Of a stretch of 52,592 nt of DNA, positions 1 to 8,340 are shown one piece after another (the first letter of the stretch is position 1; each line of letters begins with the position of its first letter). Both the position numbers and the translations under genes were made by a program. Source of the stretch: a virus (Duplodnaviria; Caudoviricetes); the IMG/VR virus record IMGVR_UViG_3300017760_000007, positions 1-52,592 of that record. One strand, 5' to 3'. The notes beneath the pieces were generated by a model. That model was not told where the DNA came from and ran no database searches. It was given only the letters and a program-made list of their open reading frames with translations.

Positions 1-180
1 ATACTGAGCCAAGTCATCTTCTTGGAAGATGTTGTCTCTAGAAGCAGGGTTTCTTGGAATATAGAAACAGTCAAGACCAAACATCTTGATAGACTCAATA
101 ACCAAGTCTTCTATAAGATCCTGCTCACCATGTACTCTATCTACAGAACCATAGTTGTTGAAATAAGAATTTGTAGCCAC
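1..180 (-). CDS. gp14: Neck protein gp14 (5' part only, runs off the window)
   Basis: Not in the ORF track. Manual translation from GTG at 180 gives MATNSYFNNYGSVDRVHGEQDLIEDLVIESIKMFGLDCFYIPRNPASRDNIFQEDDLAQY, matching the gp14 N-terminal pattern EQxLxxDLxxESIxxxGxDxxYIPR. It lies directly downstream of gp13. Confidence 0.9.
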   Translation of the reverse strand, partial: MATNSYFNNYGSVDRVHGEQDLIEDLVIESIKMFGLDCFYIPRNPASRDNIFQEDDLAQY

Positions 181-184
181 TCTA

Positions 185-1450
185 TTATCCTATCATATCG
201 ACTGCGGGCAAAGAATAACTTGAAGCCATTTCTTCTTCAAGTCTTTGAATCTCTTCTCGTGCATCGCTTAAAATTTGTTCTCCATTGAACTGAACACCAC
301 CGGGCAATGTCATGCCATTGAACTTGGTGAGATTTGAACCCCACTGATACTTGATCTTAGCCGATGCATAGTTTTGTAGGAAACGGTCTTTCCAAACATC
401 AGAACCATTTGACGTATCTACAGTTTTATATGCTTCAACAACAATATAGTTACCCAGTGAAAGTTGATCCCAATCTGTATCAATCTGAATCTTGTTTGTG
501 TGTCTATTGAATCTTAGTTGCTGTTTACCAACCAACATCTCATCTAAAAGAGATAGATGAGCCATTGACATATAGTAATGAGTTATGTTATAATTAACTA
601 TGTCGTGTAAGTTATGAAGAATAAACTGATACTTTGCGTTAAACATACCAGTACCAGTAGATACTTCTGATTCCATTGGGAATAGATTAGAAACACCAAT
701 GTATGGGTCTTCAATAGTCTCGAAAGTAAGACCAGTTGTTGCTCCACCACCTACAACAGTTGTTTCAGTAGAACCATCTGTATTCTTTAACTGAAAAGTT
801 CCACCACCAACTGAAGACGTAGATACTCTATAGTCACCAGTTGCTAGTGTTGCACCACCTGTTAACACACCAGATACTCTAACCAACTGACCAACTTCTG
901 GAACATTTCCAGTTGTAGCAAACGAAGCACTTGTATCAGTTATCGTTATTGCACCAGTCATCTTCGTCTTAACACTTAGATCAATGTAGCGAGTTTCGTA
1001 CAACCCTCTATATAAATCTGTTATTTGTCGTGCGCCATTAGCCCTATGCACACTTGTGAAAGTATCACTTGTAGCGAACTTACCTATAGTAAACTCACTT
1101 AGAGATGGTCTTTTGAAGAAAACTCTGTTGTTATCTACATCGACTGCAACTACAGTTGCTTTTGCTGTGGCTTCTTCAGCACCACCACTAGATGAAGATA
1201 CTTCTTTGATGACATCACCTACTTTGAAGTCACCCTCTGAAAGTGTGCTAAATTCGATATAAGAGTTCAGTACTCTGGCTTTATAATATACTTTTTCTAC
1301 ACCATCGAAGTGATAATCATGATAATACGCTAACGCCTCATCAACTCTATCTGTCACTTGATCATCAGAAACATTGATATCGATTACTGGTTTACCCAGT
1401 TTTCTGAGACAATATTCTTTAAATTCGGCTTTAGTTGTTGGCTCTGCCAT
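185..1450 (-). CDS. gp13: Neck protein gp13 with two internal domain insertions
   Basis: N-terminal CLRKLGKPVIDINVSDDQVTDRVDEAL..YHFDG and C-terminal KYQWGSNLTKF.GMTLPGGVQFNG are gp13 hallmarks. At 421 aa it is longer than T4 gp13 (~310 aa). Confidence 0.95.
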   Translation of the reverse strand: MAEPTTKAEFKEYCLRKLGKPVIDINVSDDQVTDRVDEALAYYHDYHFDGVEKVYYKARVLNSYIEFSTLSEGDFKVGDVIKEVSSSSGGAEEATAKATVVAVDVDNNRVFFKRPSLSEFTIGKFATSDTFTSVHRANGARQITDLYRGLYETRYIDLSVKTKMTGAITITDTSASFATTGNVPEVGQLVRVSGVLTGGATLATGDYRVSTSSVGGGTFQLKNTDGSTETTVVGGGATTGLTFETIEDPYIGVSNLFPMESEVSTGTGMFNAKYQFILHNLHDIVNYNITHYYMSMAHLSLLDEMLVGKQQLRFNRHTNKIQIDTDWDQLSLGNYIVVEAYKTVDTSNGSDVWKDRFLQNYASAKIKYQWGSNLTKFNGMTLPGGVQFNGEQILSDAREEIQRLEEEMASSYSLPAVDMIG

Positions 1451-1481
1451 GTTCGATTCCTAAATTATGTTGGTATAATAC

Positions 1482-1489
1482 TATTTATA
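1482..1489 (-). promoter_or_regulatory. T4-type late promoter (TATAAATA) for gp13-gp14
   Basis: TATTTATA on the + strand, about 30 nt upstream of the gp13 ATG. Confidence 0.8.
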
Positions 1490-1524
1490 AGCAATAGACT
1501 TGTGCTATTTCCAGATACAATGAG

Positions 1525-1542
1525 TATAAATATTTATAAATA
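1525..1542. promoter_or_regulatory. Overlapping bidirectional late promoter cluster
   Basis: TATAAATATTTATAAATA contains + strand TATAAATA at 1525-1532 and 1535-1542 and a - strand copy at 1531-1538. Positions 1525-1538 form a perfect palindrome. Confidence 0.75.
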
Positions 1543-1593
1543 AGTGATAACAGACTTCACTTAATTTCTATTGAAAAGGATAAAGGATTAAAA

Positions 1594-1983
1594 ATGAGCA
1601 TAACAATACCTAACGTATTCACTATACCTGCACTATCTGCTGATAGCGCCGTTCCAGTAAGCAGTGAGGGTCAAGTACATACATACGGATTTCCATATCA
1701 GGGTGGTAAAAGCACATTCGCATTCTATGGAACTTTTACCAACGTAACAAGTATTAAAATTCAAGCCGCATTTGATGGTGGTTCTGTAAATAACGGAAAC
1801 GACACCCCTGACGCAAATCCCGATCTTAACTTCATTGATCTAACCAATTCGGATGGAAACGCCGAACTAATCACCGCAAGCAACAGATTATTAACTGTTG
1901 ATATCGGTAAATGTATGTTGAGATTTCGTGTCGATGTGGGTGGCACAATGGCTGGCACAATTAATGTTGCAGTATCTTCTTAG
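1594..1983 (+). CDS. Small beta-rich (jelly-roll-like) virion protein, possible head decoration or spike base
   Basis: AAGGA RBS and late promoter upstream. Alternating beta-strand pattern (FYGTF..IKIQAAFDGG..LRFRV..INVAV). Function is inferred. Confidence 0.5.
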   Translation: MSITIPNVFTIPALSADSAVPVSSEGQVHTYGFPYQGGKSTFAFYGTFTNVTSIKIQAAFDGGSVNNGNDTPDANPDLNFIDLTNSDGNAELITASNRLLTVDIGKCMLRFRVDVGGTMAGTINVAVSS

Positions 1984-1991
1984 GAGTCTAA

Positions 1992-4742
1992 ATGGCTACA
2001 ATACTAAAGGGTACTGTTTCAAGAGGAACAGTATCTAAAAGTTTCAGCAAGGTTTCAGAATTTGCTACTCAGGCTGTTGCAGATGCTACAGGCCCAGTAT
2101 TTACTTCTGCAACATCTGGTCAAGTCTATTATAGAGTTGACGGAGTAGTAGGTCCAACTGTTTACACCGCTCAGGCAACTGATAGAAACGATATAACTTA
2201 TAGTTTGGGTGGAACTAACGCAAGCGATTTTGTAATCAATTCTACTACCGGTGCAGTTAGTTTAAACACTAGTGGATCGCCGTCAGTAGCCACAGATAAA
2301 ACATTCACTGTGACTGCAACAGACTCTGAAAATAACGCAACCACTACTAGCAACTTAACAATAAAAATCGTTGCTGATGTATACACTAAGTTCAACCCAG
2401 GTGGCACGGGCGACTTCAATTTAGCAATTAGCAAAATAGATATTAACGCACATAGAGGCACATCTACTGATGGATATCTTGGTGTTGGCTCTGATGACTT
2501 TAATATTAGATATCAATACTTTGGTGGGACACAAACCAATGGAGCCACTGTCGCCAAGACATTAGATATGGCTAGTGATGGTAAGGCTTATGGTAAACTA
2601 AAATTCGCTATTCGTGGTGGTGGTCAGGCGCCTAGAGTCACAAGACCAGATGAAAATGCTCCATATGACTTTACTACCGGTGATGAAATTGGTTTCGAAC
2701 TGGTTAGATTCAGTAGAGCAAACGGCTCTTCTACCAATCACTACAACACAGAAACATTTAACATCGATGCAGATCATGCAGGCTTTGTGGTAAGTGCGGC
2801 AGGGCAATCTGATGAGCAAAGAATGTATCTCAGTGATTATAATGGTGCCGAGGGAACTGGAGTACGAGACTCTGTACGACTAAGACACTCTTCTGACACT
2901 TCTGGTATTGCCGATATACAATCAACAACTCCAACAGGAACAGAAGTTGTTGTTGCTGTTGGGAGTTCTAGCAATATGCCTACAGGGCTAAAAACATCAA
3001 CTGAGTCTGATCTACTTGGTGAGCATAAGTTCGTAATCAATAATGGAGATGGTACAGTATCATTTGCAGACAGCCTAGCAGATGCTCAAGCAGGGGTTAA
3101 AGTACCTTTTGGTACTGATGTACCTAGTGGTATGAATAATATCATTCCACTAGGGTTGTATAAAATAACACACAGAGAGCCTTTCTATCTTGATGTTGTG
3201 GATGAAGGTCTTAGTTTCACAAACGCAACTGGTTTAACAGCTTCAAGCCCTGTTGTATATCAATCGGCTGTAGATAATACCACAGAATTTACATTTGCCA
3301 CACAAAACAGCGTTAGTGCAGACTACACCCCAATCAATAGCACTGGATTTAATGGCGAGAATGTAGCCACCGCTAGTGTAGTTAACGACTTAACTGGTGC
3401 GGTTAACTTAGGAAATTCTATATTTGGTGACGGTACACTAACAGTAAGAGCAGATTCTTTCTCCGGTATAAGCAAGACTCAAATAGTACACTTTGTAGAT
3501 TCGAGTGTTAGTATAACTTCTCCTCTTGGGCTTAGCTACATTTCTTCGGCTCAAAATTTTGTACCATACACATTTACTTGTACTTCCAACGGATCAAATT
3601 TTAGTATTAAAACTGGTAGTGTTACTGGTTTTGATGCGGCAGATGTATCAATAAATTCTTCTACTGGAGTAGTAACACTCGCTGGCGGAACAACAGGAGA
3701 TGGCTCATTTATAGTGCAATTTGAAAACTCGGGTACTGGTACATTACAAGACTCGCCAACTATTAATCTATATGTAGATACAGCACGATCTCTAAAAAAT
3801 TCATTTGAATATGCTAATATAAGACAAACAAGAGGTAGTGGTTTATCACTGACTCGTAATTGGGATGTCGTTGATATTAAATATACTGACGATATGGAAG
3901 AAACTGCTTTCTCAGATATACCTATTAGTGTTGCGTCTGTTCAAACTAATTCTGGTAATGCGGTTCTTGAGATGGCGTCAAATCACAATTTAACTGCCGG
4001 TGATAGAGTAAAAATTACAGACACCAGTGGAACTATTCCAAATGGTGAATATTTTATTAATGTAAATAGTGGCACTAGTTTTACTGCTCATGGGGCCGGA
4101 TATGATGGTACTCATCCAAACACAGGTGTATCTATACAAAAAGCCACAAACAAATTCCATTTAATGGTAAAATCTAAAACTGTTTCGGGTAGTACTAACT
4201 TCCATAATGATCATGCGATTGGTTGGATTCAAGTACTCAATCCAGATGGAACATTGTATAGTACTTTCAGCCCTAATGGAGGCGTGTCAGGTGAGTTTTC
4301 TCCAGGTGGTTTTTGGAAAACCTCTACTGCCAACGATGCTACCTATACAGATAGTATGTCAGCTACAACCGCAAGAGATAACTCTACTACAAATGTCGCC
4401 GCAGGCACATCAAGTCACAGATGGCTTTTAGATCACTCTGGTACACCAAGTGGTAATACGGGTCCTGCTGATGGATTCACTAACACTACTGGAAGTAATT
4501 CTATCTATAACACTCAAGTGTTACCAGTAGGTGATCAAATGATACCACAATTAGATTCAAGTCTTGCAAAATACTTATATAGAGAATCTTCTTCTACAAC
4601 AACCAATAGGGTCTCTTTCTTAAAAAGCGCCGCTACGACTTTCCCAAGCAATGGAATAATTAGAATGGGTGTCTTTGTTGCGGGTCAGACATTACCTACA
4701 GGTGACATCGAAGCACTTGCAGTAGCACTAGTAGAAGATTAA
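1992..4742 (+). CDS. Large fibre/adhesin-like virion protein with cadherin-like domain(s)
   Basis: GGAG RBS. Residues ~33-127 (PVFTS..VYTAQATD..ITYSLGGT.ASDFVINSTTGAVSL..FTVTATD) fit a cadherin-like domain, and a degenerate copy occurs later (VSINSSTGVVTL). An HNLTAGDRVKI module is also present. The protein is S/T/G-rich. Confidence 0.7.
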   Translation: MATILKGTVSRGTVSKSFSKVSEFATQAVADATGPVFTSATSGQVYYRVDGVVGPTVYTAQATDRNDITYSLGGTNASDFVINSTTGAVSLNTSGSPSVATDKTFTVTATDSENNATTTSNLTIKIVADVYTKFNPGGTGDFNLAISKIDINAHRGTSTDGYLGVGSDDFNIRYQYFGGTQTNGATVAKTLDMASDGKAYGKLKFAIRGGGQAPRVTRPDENAPYDFTTGDEIGFELVRFSRANGSSTNHYNTETFNIDADHAGFVVSAAGQSDEQRMYLSDYNGAEGTGVRDSVRLRHSSDTSGIADIQSTTPTGTEVVVAVGSSSNMPTGLKTSTESDLLGEHKFVINNGDGTVSFADSLADAQAGVKVPFGTDVPSGMNNIIPLGLYKITHREPFYLDVVDEGLSFTNATGLTASSPVVYQSAVDNTTEFTFATQNSVSADYTPINSTGFNGENVATASVVNDLTGAVNLGNSIFGDGTLTVRADSFSGISKTQIVHFVDSSVSITSPLGLSYISSAQNFVPYTFTCTSNGSNFSIKTGSVTGFDAADVSINSSTGVVTLAGGTTGDGSFIVQFENSGTGTLQDSPTINLYVDTARSLKNSFEYANIRQTRGSGLSLTRNWDVVDIKYTDDMEETAFSDIPISVASVQTNSGNAVLEMASNHNLTAGDRVKITDTSGTIPNGEYFINVNSGTSFTAHGAGYDGTHPNTGVSIQKATNKFHLMVKSKTVSGSTNFHNDHAIGWIQVLNPDGTLYSTFSPNGGVSGEFSPGGFWKTSTANDATYTDSMSATTARDNSTTNVAAGTSSHRWLLDHSGTPSGNTGPADGFTNTTGSNSIYNTQVLPVGDQMIPQLDSSLAKYLYRESSSTTTNRVSFLKSAATTFPSNGIIRMGVFVAGQTLPTGDIEALAVALVED

Positions 4743-4753
4743 GGAGAACGATA

Positions 4754-5074
4754 ATGTCTTTAAGTTTAGTACAAAACAAAGAAGAAATAATCTCTTGGTT
4801 GACTGAGGGTGAAAATATAGTCGTGTTTGATACGCATTATTCTGAAGAAGTAAAAGCGACTTTAACCATGCAAGCAGATTTAGTGCCAGATACTGAGAAT
4901 GAAATTAAACAGACAAAACTAGAAGAAACATGGCATGACGAATTGCCAGAAGACAGAGAAAACGATGTCTCTACTGCAATATCTGTTTACAACACAAAGG
5001 GTAGTTATTGGATGGGCATCTGCTGTACGAGAATCAAATCGATAAATGGTGTATCCATAACATATTCTAATTGA
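4754..5074 (+). CDS. Hypothetical protein, possibly a divergent WYL_2/DUF2693 SH3-like barrel
   Basis: AAGGAG RBS. The layout L.EG..VVF...T....LVP..(linker)..VY......W.....I resembles that phage family, but the typical basic residues are absent. Confidence 0.4.
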   Translation: MSLSLVQNKEEIISWLTEGENIVVFDTHYSEEVKATLTMQADLVPDTENEIKQTKLEETWHDELPEDRENDVSTAISVYNTKGSYWMGICCTRIKSINGVSITYSN

Positions 5075-5088
5075 TATTATCGTGCAAC

Positions 5089-5096
5089 TATAAATA
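5089..5096 (+). promoter_or_regulatory. T4-type late promoter
   Basis: Exact TATAAATA about 30 nt upstream of the ATG at 5128. Confidence 0.8.
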
Positions 5097-5127
5097 GTAT
5101 GATAACACATGAACCTAAGAGAATCGC

Positions 5128-8100
5128 ATGGCTACTACTAGAAAATATTTAAAATTTGGTTTAAGAGCAGACAAAAATCTTGCTGACATGAGTGATCAGT
5201 CAGAGGGTCTTGGCAACCTTTTAAATAATCTAGATAGAGATGTCAGAGATGTTCATGGAAATCTTGTAGGATTTAGAGTAGATGATGTTGTTTCTTTACA
5301 ACAACTCAGCCAAACAGATATTGCTAATACTGCACCCACTCCCGGGGCTATACCAGAAGCATGGACATGGTTAAGAGAAAACATTTCTTTTCAGACAGTA
5401 AATGGAAGAAACGTAAACATTCAGCCTCTTGTAACAATACAAGACGAAATAAACAAAGGAAAGATAGTGTTGGGCGATCCACCTTTTGTGAGTGGTGGAA
5501 CAGGTCCAATAACAACATATATCCCATCAGCTAGATTTGCTCCATACATTCCAAACAGTGGCTTGGAAAATGAAAAAGTTGCGGCAAATAAAATTCGACA
5601 AGGAAATAGATACAGAATAGAAAGTCTTGGCTCGCCTGCAATATCAGACGGATTATGGAACAATGTATCTACCACAACTGACACTGGTTACACCGCAGGT
5701 GACATATTCACAGCATCAACCAATAGCACACACGAGTTTTCATTAGATAATATGTCCGATGGAACAGATGGTTCTATTCAGCTAGAAGTGGGTAATGGAT
5801 TATTGGCGGGTATGCAAGTAAGATATCTGGAAACAGACTCTACATATTCCCCAAGCAACTTAACTCATAATACTGTATACTTTATTCATTCTGTAAATGC
5901 GGGCGGACAACAAGGATCAATAAAACTAACCCTACAAGTGGGTGGTAGTCCTATAGCATTTACTAAGCCAACTATTGAAGATGTCGATGATCCAAATCGA
6001 ACAGTTAGAAGTGCTGATAATTTTAAACTGGTGTTAGAGGGATATGACAATGGGGAAATTAGAAATGTAACTATGCCATCAGGAAAATTCGCCACTGAAG
6101 CTGAAGGCTTAGACCCAGATGAATTAAACTCTACATTATTGTACACTAAAAAAGTAGACCCCACTGGGGCTATAGGTGATGATCTACAAAATGATGATGA
6201 GTTTTGGAGTGAAAGTGGGTTTTCGTTATCTACACCATTTTATCCAGTATTTCCAGATAACTTTGGTGGAGTTCAGTTTGAAGGATATCTAGAAGATGGA
6301 TTTAATCCAACATTCGAAACAAATGGATTTCTTGTAGTGGAGCAAGACTTACAAGAAGATGGGACAGATAATAATTGGGAACTTATCAAAGGTGTTAATA
6401 CTGATAGATTAAGACCAATATATCCAGTGTCTTGGGGAGTTGACCCAAATGATTCTAACAAAACAAGACTTACATTTGGTAGTAATGGAGAAGACATAAA
6501 GAGACTTGCAGTAGGTATGCTAGTTACAGTAAGGCCTGATGAACACGCTGCCGCACAAGCCGCAAGTGATGCCGATCCAAACGATCAAGCACTATTTAAT
6601 GCAGTAAATGATGTTGGAAAGGTGTCTCGAACAATATCTTCTATAGATGTTGAAAACAACTTTATTACTGTACAAAAAATGCAATATATTGATAGTAGTG
6701 GTAATACACAAAACGCTACTGCAAGTTCATCTTTTGATCTTACCATTGAGTGGAGCATGGGTGGAAGCGACAGAATAAGTTTTCCGACAACAATATCTAA
6801 GCCAGTTGGTAGAAGACGAAGAGTAAGAATTACTTGTTGGTGGCCGCAAAGAAATCTGGGCAATAGAGATTTAGGGCAGTCAGATAAGGTATTTTCTGAT
6901 ATTTCTAGCAATAGAACCAATCTGAAAATAGGAAACTTTTATAAAGGTCAAAACAACCAAGATTTTAGTAATAAAAAATATAGTTTCCCATTCTATAGAG
7001 ATAGAAGAGCAAGTGCAACACAGCAAGAATCTCAAAATCAAATTAAAGTTGAGTATACTGCAAGAAACATTTACGAGCCTGTTAGATACGCTAAAGATAC
7101 TACAGACTACTATGACGCAACAACATATGGAGCCGAGGGTAGAATGGGGGTAATTCCTCTTGAGTTGGGTCCCAATGGTCTGATGAAATACTCTACGATA
7201 GGTAGCGATTTAGATAAGCCCTTTGAAGTAAAGCCTCCACATAATAATATTGCATTCATTGGTAATGTGGGTGATATAGTCATTACACATAATGATTCAA
7301 CTGGAACATATCACGCATTTAAGATAACATTTAATGACTTAAATGAGGGAGCCTTCTTGGTTGATTCTAGTTACTCAACGGTCACTGGTATAGCAGAGGG
7401 CACAGTTCATAGAGTTTTACTTGTTAGAAATAAAGGTCTGCATGGAATATATTCTACTACACACGATGGTTCTGATCATACTTTGACTCAACTGTCTACA
7501 AGTGATGCATCATATTCTTATCATGTCAATCAAGTTAAAAAAGAAGATTTTATCTATAAAGTCGAGTATGATAATATAAGTTCTTTAAACGAACATTTAT
7601 ATTCTGGTCGAAACCGTACTTATGCACCCATGAACCAGATTGCATTTAAATTAGAAACTATTGATCACGAAGATACCCGCAATCCAAGTACAACTAGTGC
7701 GAACTTTACAGTTTCTGCACACCCTCAAGCAAGTGGGGGTGTATTCACAACATCACAGGCTCTTTCTACGAATAACGGCATAATATTAGCATATTCATCA
7801 AAGGGTCTAAACGATAGATCGGCTATAACAGAGTGTACAGATGTTTTTGGTCACGAAGTTTCAGCAACAGCATCCGCTCCAACTAATGTACTTACACTAA
7901 AAAGTGTAGAAGGTATAAGTGGTGGCGATATAGTTTATCTAGATGGAACTATTCCATATAGTGAAACTGATCCAACTATTGTTGGAGTTGTTAACGGTGG
8001 AGCAAAAACAATTACTCTTGTTAATCAGAATGGAAACGTGAATATAACTAAAGAAGCCCCTCCAGGTACAACCATAGTATTTGTGCCTGCAACAGCAGGT

Positions 8101-8340
8101 CCTGATAGTGATGGTTGGGCCAAGCAAAATAAAGAATATTGTGTGACTCCACTTAATACCGCTCCACCTTGGGCAGGTACAACTGAAGGTCTAGAGACAA
8201 CAGATAGCAATCCAAGCATAGTTGCAAAGCAATTAAAATTTACTGATTTGACTTTCTTAGATGTCCCTACAAACCAAATTTCTGATCTTTCTGGAACGAC
8301 ACTAGCAAACGGATATTTTGATATAACTTATAACGACTAA
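5128..8340 (+). CDS. Large virion structural protein (possible PA14-like sandwich; carries modules A and B)
   Basis: 1070 aa, with its own late promoter. N-terminal GLRADKNLAD..LGNL fibre-type motif. GGVQFEGYL..NGFLVVE..RVRITCWW resembles a PA14-type domain. Confidence 0.65.
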   Translation: MATTRKYLKFGLRADKNLADMSDQSEGLGNLLNNLDRDVRDVHGNLVGFRVDDVVSLQQLSQTDIANTAPTPGAIPEAWTWLRENISFQTVNGRNVNIQPLVTIQDEINKGKIVLGDPPFVSGGTGPITTYIPSARFAPYIPNSGLENEKVAANKIRQGNRYRIESLGSPAISDGLWNNVSTTTDTGYTAGDIFTASTNSTHEFSLDNMSDGTDGSIQLEVGNGLLAGMQVRYLETDSTYSPSNLTHNTVYFIHSVNAGGQQGSIKLTLQVGGSPIAFTKPTIEDVDDPNRTVRSADNFKLVLEGYDNGEIRNVTMPSGKFATEAEGLDPDELNSTLLYTKKVDPTGAIGDDLQNDDEFWSESGFSLSTPFYPVFPDNFGGVQFEGYLEDGFNPTFETNGFLVVEQDLQEDGTDNNWELIKGVNTDRLRPIYPVSWGVDPNDSNKTRLTFGSNGEDIKRLAVGMLVTVRPDEHAAAQAASDADPNDQALFNAVNDVGKVSRTISSIDVENNFITVQKMQYIDSSGNTQNATASSSFDLTIEWSMGGSDRISFPTTISKPVGRRRRVRITCWWPQRNLGNRDLGQSDKVFSDISSNRTNLKIGNFYKGQNNQDFSNKKYSFPFYRDRRASATQQESQNQIKVEYTARNIYEPVRYAKDTTDYYDATTYGAEGRMGVIPLELGPNGLMKYSTIGSDLDKPFEVKPPHNNIAFIGNVGDIVITHNDSTGTYHAFKITFNDLNEGAFLVDSSYSTVTGIAEGTVHRVLLVRNKGLHGIYSTTHDGSDHTLTQLSTSDASYSYHVNQVKKEDFIYKVEYDNISSLNEHLYSGRNRTYAPMNQIAFKLETIDHEDTRNPSTTSANFTVSAHPQASGGVFTTSQALSTNNGIILAYSSKGLNDRSAITECTDVFGHEVSATASAPTNVLTLKSVEGISGGDIVYLDGTIPYSETDPTIVGVVNGGAKTITLVNQNGNVNITKEAPPGTTIVFVPATAGPDSDGWAKQNKEYCVTPLNTAPPWAGTTEGLETTDSNPSIVAKQLKFTDLTFLDVPTNQISDLSGTTLANGYFDITYND

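Noticed and set aside
22-288. 88-aa + strand ORF
   Set aside because: It is antisense to the clear gp14 and gp13 frames.
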